From assembly GCA_947259645.1 (NCBI GenBank), contig CAMYND010000012.1, forward strand, positions 20,793 through 84,792: a stretch of 64,000 bases of DNA. The letters are read 5' to 3'. This stretch comes from Thermodesulfovibrionia bacterium. Its GTDB lineage: Bacteria; Nitrospirota; Thermodesulfovibrionia; UBA6902. This document shows, one piece after another, positions 59,175 through 64,000 of this stretch (position 1 is its first letter; every line of letters begins with the position of its first letter). Both the position numbers and the translations under genes were made by a program. Under the pieces are notes generated by a model, which ran no database searches, was not told the origin of the DNA, and saw only the letters and a program-made list of their open reading frames with translations.

Positions 59175-60513
59175 TTACCGTTTCAGTTCCCTCAAATAGA
59201 GCATCATCCAACACCGGTACATCGATGGTAGCACTCAGGGTATTGGCAGGAATGGTCACTGTGCCGGAGAGCGTTGTATAGTCATTACCTGCTCCAGGAG
59301 TGGCTGTACCAGAGATTCCGTAGCTGACCACTGTTGCAGTTGGGCTCGTCTTGGAAAGAGAAACTGTAAATTGACCATCAGTAGAGGGCTCAGCACCATG
59401 AGTAGTGGCAGCAACACTGACAGTTGCGGTTTCATCATCGCTGATCGTATAGGTATTGGTGCTTTGGGCAACAGAATTGTTGTTGGAATCCCCAATGCTG
59501 AACCCACTGCTCGGGTTGGCTAATGTAAACTCAATAGTTTCATTAAGTTCCAATAGGGCATCATCATCGATGCTGAGATTAATCGGGATGGCGTCTGCTG
59601 ATGTCCCGTTGTATGTACCTGCCGGAACAGTGACACTTACTGTATGAGTATAATCAGTACCACTGCCGGTAGCATTGCCGCCCGTAACGGTAACGTCAAT
59701 GGTTTGACTGGTTGATAGAGTCCCATATACGATTAGTTCGGGTATATCACCACCACTCGCCTCTGCATCGCCATTCGTGGCCGCTGCAAACTCCACCGAT
59801 ACATTTGGGGTATAGCTGAAATCATGTAAATTTATCCATTGAAGGCCGATAGTTGCGTTGGGTGCATCATTTCGGTACAAAATGGTAACCAGGGTTATAT
59901 TTGACTGATTGAATGTAAAAATAGCGTTCCCGTTAGCGGACGTAGATGCTGAAGTATTCGTTCCTCTTATTGTGTTTAAGCCGACCTGGGTATTCGCACT
60001 TGCTGTGGTGATGGAGGATGGATTAATAGTACTTCCGTTAAATGCGGTAACAGTAAGTTGATCTATATATTGAGAACCATCGCTGTCCACATCAAAAAAT
60101 GTAAAGGTGATGCCGGAAGATCCTACGGGATAGTCTGAAAAATCCAACGTAATCGTATATTCAGGATCTGAAGCGTCAGGATAAGTCGATCTCAGAAAGA
60201 GGCCGTTTTCTGCAGGCATAAGTCCGCCAGTATTTGTCTGATTAATACTGGGACTGTCATCTGTTGCGCCGCCATTACCAAGCCATGCTGTGTTTCCGGT
60301 CCAGGTGACTACAACGTTCCGTGGGCCGCCGGTAGCTGTGCCATCTACTGAAAAGGTTTCGCTCAGATTGCTCCTTCCAGCGGGGACCCATGTTTCTACA
60401 TCCCAGTCAAGAAGGGCTGCTTCAGCATTAACTGACAGGAATATAACGACAATTAAATAACTGAAAAATGAACGTGATAAGACAAATTTTCGAAATCTAA
60501 TGGACATATTCAA
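59152..60513 (-). CDS. Signal-peptide-bearing N-terminal portion (453 aa) of the giant surface protein; ends in the middle of a Calx-beta unit, +1 frame relative to the 50124..59174 ORF
   Basis: Sec signal peptide MNMSIRFRKFVLSRSFFSYLIVVIFLSVNAEA. Calx-beta-like units (TIDVPVLDDALFEGTETVIVTLSQS*). The downstream ORF begins ...SPEDYGNDAVVLNFAGTAGETQQFTVPTLDDALLE in the adjacent frame with a 23-nt overlap. Confidence 0.7.
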   Translation of the reverse strand: MNMSIRFRKFVLSRSFFSYLIVVIFLSVNAEAALLDWDVETWVPAGRSNLSETFSVDGTATGGPRNVVVTWTGNTAWLGNGGATDDSPSINQTNTGGLMPAENGLFLRSTYPDASDPEYTITLDFSDYPVGSSGITFTFFDVDSDGSQYIDQLTVTAFNGSTINPSSITTASANTQVGLNTIRGTNTSASTSANGNAIFTFNQSNITLVTILYRNDAPNATIGLQWINLHDFSYTPNVSVEFAAATNGDAEASGGDIPELIVYGTLSTSQTIDVTVTGGNATGSGTDYTHTVSVTVPAGTYNGTSADAIPINLSIDDDALLELNETIEFTLANPSSGFSIGDSNNNSVAQSTNTYTISDDETATVSVAATTHGAEPSTDGQFTVSLSKTSPTATVVSYGISGTATPGAGNDYTTLSGTVTIPANTLSATIDVPVLDDALFEGTETVIVTLSQS

Positions 60514-60761
60514 ATCTTCAATTAGCCATTTCAGGAAATTGATAGTGTCAATCTTATTGATTCATATAACGTTAATACGCTTTAAGAACTTATTTATCAC
60601 ACCATAATCTCAGAGAACTATTGCGTGATCTATGACCCCGTTTCAGTACTTCTTTCTCATCGGATATTATGCGAGAAACTTGAATAACATTAATAACTAA
60701 GGGATTATGAGTGTCACCCGGAAAAGGTTACTGATTCGCGCAGCAGTTGTTCCCATAAAAT

Positions 60762-60790
60762 TTGACAATGTGTCATCTGGCGACTATAAT
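60762..60790 (+). promoter_or_regulatory. Consensus sigma70 promoter (TTGACA-N17-TATAAT) with an overlapping inverted repeat (CATCTG...CAGATG), upstream of the Xre-RES toxin-antitoxin operon
   Basis: tttgacaatgtgtcatctggcgactataat. TGTCAT direct repeats and the CATCTG/CAGATG inverted repeat bracket the -10 box, a likely antitoxin operator. Confidence 0.5.
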
Positions 60791-60820
60791 ATGAGACAGA
60801 TGTCATGGAGGTGATGCATA

Positions 60821-61321
60821 ATGACAACCGTAATCTCAGTGTTGGGCGGGGAAAAGGAACTTGGGCAGAAGGTTGCCCGGCGCATTGATTTCGATGCCCT
60901 TATCAAAAAAGGGATTCCCTGGGGGGTGGTGTCCTATATCAAGAAGGCCTTTAATCTCCCCGATGAAGTGATTGCCAATATTCTCGGCGTCAGTCCTCGT
61001 ACTATTGCCCGGAGACGAAAAACAGTAAGCGTTTCCGTAAAACCGGCAGGAGCTGCTGCAGGAAAGCAGCGCAGGAAAAAGGCTTCTCTGCATGGATCAG
61101 AAAGACTTTCCCCTGTTGAAAGTGACAGGATCTACCGGTTTGCAAGGATAATTGCTCTTGCCGGGGATGTTTTTGAGGACAGGGATGAGGCGCTTGAGTG
61201 GCTTAAAAGTTCACAATACGGTCTCGGGGGCCGCATTCCCTTTGATATGCTTCAGACTGATGCCGGGGCGCGGGAAGTTGAGGAGCTGCTGGTCCGTATT
61301 GACTATGGTATTGTTTCTTGA
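60821..61321 (+). CDS. Xre-family (DUF2384, MbcA/ParS-like) antitoxin of a RES-Xre toxin-antitoxin pair, with an unusual basic internal insert
   Basis: N-terminal HTH-like VVSYIKKAFNLPDEVIANILGVSPRTIARR. C-terminal DUF2384-like ...RFARIIALAGDVFEDRDEALEWLKSSQYGLGGRIPFDMLQTDAGAREVEELLVRIDYG. Insert RRKTVSVSVKPAGAAAGKQRRKKASLHGSERLSP. ATGA overlap with the RES gene. Confidence 0.7.
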   Translation: MTTVISVLGGEKELGQKVARRIDFDALIKKGIPWGVVSYIKKAFNLPDEVIANILGVSPRTIARRRKTVSVSVKPAGAAAGKQRRKKASLHGSERLSPVESDRIYRFARIIALAGDVFEDRDEALEWLKSSQYGLGGRIPFDMLQTDAGAREVEELLVRIDYGIVS

Positions 61322-61788
61322 AACGAGCATGGCGGCTCATTCGGAAAAAGCGAATATCAGATGCCTTTACCGGTGAAGGTGCCCGCCTTGGCGGAGGCCG
61401 CTGGAACCATGTGGGGATACCTGTTGTCTATGTCAGTGAAACCCTTTCATTAGCTGCCCTGGAGCTTTTTGTGCATTTTACAAGAAGAGATATACAGCTC
61501 AGCAAATCTCTTGTAGCGATCCCTGTAGATATCCCCCCTTCCCTTAAAACAATAGAAATATCAATAAAAACATTAGATTCAGGCTGGCGCGCGTCGCCTC
61601 CGCCAAACTCTACCAAAGATCTCGGCACAGGGTGGGTGCAGAAGAACTCCTCCGGCATATTGCGTGTACCTTCAGCCGTAATTCCTGAAGAACATAACCT
61701 TGTATTAAATCCTCTTCACGCAGATTTTAAAAAGCTAAAAATCGGCAAAGCACGTCCTTTTGCTCTTGATGAACGCATATGGAAATAG
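61318..61788 (+). CDS. RES-domain toxin (MbcT/ParT-like NAD+-targeting family)
   Basis: 156 aa. GEGARLGGGRWNHVGIPVVYVSETLSLAALELFVH gives the R...E...S signature of RES domains. Confidence 0.8.
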   Translation: MKRAWRLIRKKRISDAFTGEGARLGGGRWNHVGIPVVYVSETLSLAALELFVHFTRRDIQLSKSLVAIPVDIPPSLKTIEISIKTLDSGWRASPPPNSTKDLGTGWVQKNSSGILRVPSAVIPEEHNLVLNPLHADFKKLKIGKARPFALDERIWK

Positions 61789-62293
61789 AAGTGAGTCCCA
61801 ATCGGTGAAGCAGAGGAGCACCTGAGTTGAAGTATACCGTTAATAAGGTAATTGCAGGGTTACGGAGGGAATCCAAGGGTTCGTTTATAAGCTCTTCCCG
61901 CTATGAAGAGCGCCATTATCCATGCAGTGATAAATAATGCACGGTTAATGCTGCTACTTGACTCTCTTGATACAGTCTGACATCACCAAACGCTGGAGCA
62001 TCTCTTTCTGTTTCTTGTGCCGTCTTTCTGTAAGGTAAATAGTGAGCCGTTGACAGAAATTTTTAAACTCAGTAAACATTGTATCAGAATCTACCTCCTG
62101 ATATATCTATCGGATATTATCCGCAAACCTTTAAATTACACTGTGATCTGAATCCCATAGCGTTATGTCTCAGGCCCTGATACTGTATCAATCATCCTAA
62201 ATGATTTATAATTGTCCTACACCGGACAGGGATATATTGTATGTTGAATGAACAAGAGCTCTATTCTATGAATGATAAGGTGCGGGGTTTCAA

Positions 62294-62980
62294 ATGTCTT
62301 CATATATTCTGAAACTAGAAAATGTTTCGTTTGCCTACAAGGCGGAAAACCCGGTATTTACGAATATAAATGCCGAAATATCAGAGAACGAGCTGATTGT
62401 CATTCAAGGGGAGTCCGGCCTTGGGAAAAGCACGTTTCTGAAGCTTTTTAACCGCTTCTGTGAACTCGATGAGGGCCGAATATTACTCAATGACCGTGAA
62501 TTAAAAGAGTATCAGATAGATAGACTTCGCGGTCAAATAATTTATCTCCCCCAGCTGCCCTTTATGATAGATGGGACAATAGAAGAAAACCTCTCATTTG
62601 CGTTTGATTTTCAGGCACATAAAGAGAAGACGTACAACAGCCCGAAAGCCGAAGAGTGGATGTCTTACTTTCAACTGAACACAAAACTGAATGAGAACGC
62701 TCTCAAGCTCTCAACAGGGCAAAAACAGAGAATTGCCCTCATCAGGGCCCTGCTCCTGGAACCGGGTGTTCTTCTTCTTGATGAACCCTGCTCATCTCTT
62801 GACAGGAAAAACAGGGAACTTATTGAAAAGAAAATTGAGTCTCTTACCTCTGAGTCAAAAGTCACCGTACTTATGGCCACTCACAGTGAAGTGACCTTCG
62901 GCCATTCAAACTACAGAAAATTTACGATAAAAGGGAAAAAACTTCAGGGAGAAGAACCACAAGAGGCTGGTATGGCATGA
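62294..62980 (+). CDS. fetA: ABC transporter ATP-binding protein, FetA/YbbL-like (iron export)
   Basis: Walker A GESGLGKST, signature LSTGQKQRIAL, Walker B LLLDEPCSSLD; 228 aa. Paired with a UPF0014/FetB-type permease. Confidence 0.75.
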   Translation: MSSYILKLENVSFAYKAENPVFTNINAEISENELIVIQGESGLGKSTFLKLFNRFCELDEGRILLNDRELKEYQIDRLRGQIIYLPQLPFMIDGTIEENLSFAFDFQAHKEKTYNSPKAEEWMSYFQLNTKLNENALKLSTGQKQRIALIRALLLEPGVLLLDEPCSSLDRKNRELIEKKIESLTSESKVTVLMATHSEVTFGHSNYRKFTIKGKKLQGEEPQEAGMA

Positions 62981-63756
62981 GCGAACAGATAATAAATATA
63001 ACCTGGTTTAATGTAGTACTAACATCACTACTTGTATTGGGTGCCGGAATTTGTTCCGTATATTTAAAGCTACACCTTGAAAAAGAGCTTGTTGTAGGGA
63101 CAATCAGAACATTCATTCAGCTCTTTTTGCTGGGTTATGTTTTGAACATCATTTTTTCTCTCAACAACCCCCTTGTTATTCTCCTGATGTTTTCATTCAT
63201 GATACTATTCGCAGCGCGCATAATTACCGGACGGGTGAAAGAGAGGCGTATCCCCTATTTCCTGCCTGTGCTGGGGTCCATGTTTTTGAGCTATATGATC
63301 ATTAATTTTTTTGTCATGTCTGTAATCGTTCAGGTCAAGCCATGGTACAAACCGATATATTTTATCCCGATCGGAGGAATGATTATAGGAAATTCAATGA
63401 ATGCGCTGTCAATTTCCATGAACAGCTGGTTTGAGGGGCTGAAAAAGGAACGTGACCGCGTAGAACTGTACCTCTCCCTTGGCGCTAATCCTGTTGAAAG
63501 CTCAAGATCCAATTTTACAGATGCTGTGAAGTCTGGCATGATACCTTCGATTAACGCCCTTATGTCTGTTGGTATTGTTTCAATTCCGGGGATGATGACA
63601 GGCCAGATTCTGGCGGGCGTTGACCCTTTAATCGCGATTAAGTATCAGATTGTAATTATGCTGCTTCTTGTGGGCTCAACAGCTATCTCGACGGTTTTTG
63701 CCCTGCATATCGTGAGAAAAATGTCTTTTACGCCAAATGAACAGTTAAACCTGTGA
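62977..63756 (+). CDS. fetB: ABC transporter permease FetB/YbbM (UPF0014) family
   Basis: 259 aa polytopic membrane protein. 4-nt overlap with fetA. Length and hydropathy match FetB. Confidence 0.7.
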   Translation: MSEQIINITWFNVVLTSLLVLGAGICSVYLKLHLEKELVVGTIRTFIQLFLLGYVLNIIFSLNNPLVILLMFSFMILFAARIITGRVKERRIPYFLPVLGSMFLSYMIINFFVMSVIVQVKPWYKPIYFIPIGGMIIGNSMNALSISMNSWFEGLKKERDRVELYLSLGANPVESSRSNFTDAVKSGMIPSINALMSVGIVSIPGMMTGQILAGVDPLIAIKYQIVIMLLLVGSTAISTVFALHIVRKMSFTPNEQLNL

Positions 63757-64000
63757 CGGTCTTATTCGGAATCAGACAGTGGCTGCGCGATATTTGATCT
63801 GATCAGGAGAGGGTATCATCGAAAAATGTTGTGGAATGATGATCGATGGGGGATATACCAATATTCAGCGAGAGTTTGCTATTTTTTCCGTTTTCTCCAT
63901 TGTACGTATCAATGCTGGAATGAAGTCGCTCTAGACAAACTGTTATATTTGTCTCTTTATCAGGTGAAACTGCAGGACAGACAGCAAATGACTGTTCACC

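Noticed and set aside
62040-62090. TTGACA box at about 62048 as a promoter for fetAB
   Set aside because: No acceptable -10 hexamer at 16-18 nt spacing (TAAACA/CATTGT are weak). Left unannotated.
1-64000. Searched for CRISPR arrays, rRNA genes, integrase/transposase genes and additional tRNAs
   Set aside because: No regularly spaced direct repeats with spacers, no rRNA-like segments and no recognisable tyrosine/serine recombinase or DDE transposase ORFs were found. Only one tRNA (Val-GAC) folds convincingly.

Overview
This 64-kb window has roughly 40-45% GC and looks like chromosomal DNA from an anaerobic Gram-negative bacterium. The gene content suggests a sulfate- or sulfur-metabolising lineage (Deltaproteobacteria/Nitrospirae-like): rubrerythrin-type diiron proteins, a DsrC/TusE homolog, an FprA flavodiiron protein, 2-oxoacid:ferredoxin oxidoreductase and a membrane-bound molybdopterin oxidoreductase. 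Coding density is high on both strands. Housekeeping genes include an RND efflux pair, metF, mltA, bioB-bioW, a tRNA-Val followed by a thrS-infC-rpmI-rplT-pheS-pheT operon, cca, miaB/mtaB and the fetAB-like iron exporter. The most interesting loci are listed below.
(1) A response regulator whose receiver domain is inserted into a degenerate, protease-less Lon AAA+ module, divergently paired with a HAMP histidine kinase.
(2) A secreted giant cell-surface protein of more than 3400 aa (Calx-beta tandem repeats, SdrD-B/DUF11 domains, an internal OmpA-like peptidoglycan-binding domain and a long C-terminal region). Its reading frame is broken by a +1 shift about 450 codons in.
(3) A redox cluster of three short rubrerythrin-like proteins, a DsrC/TusE homolog lacking the C-terminal catalytic cysteines, a small monoheme cytochrome c and KorAB. 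It also carries lysine-rich-tailed proteins with a CBM48-like domain (two paralogs 9 kb apart) and a triple Cys-repeat protein.
(4) A decayed accessory islet (47.4-50.1 kb) with a GC-rich LuxR-HTH gene remnant, a DUF433/DUF5615 toxin-antitoxin pair and a HigA antitoxin next to a degraded Gp49/HigB toxin; further on there is an intact Xre(DUF2384)-RES toxin-antitoxin pair behind a consensus sigma70 promoter.
(5) A three-subunit DMSO-reductase-family molybdoenzyme whose catalytic subunit has no twin-arginine signal.
No CRISPR array, rRNA or intact transposase was seen. All calls come from reading the sequence and from remembered family signatures; no database search was possible.
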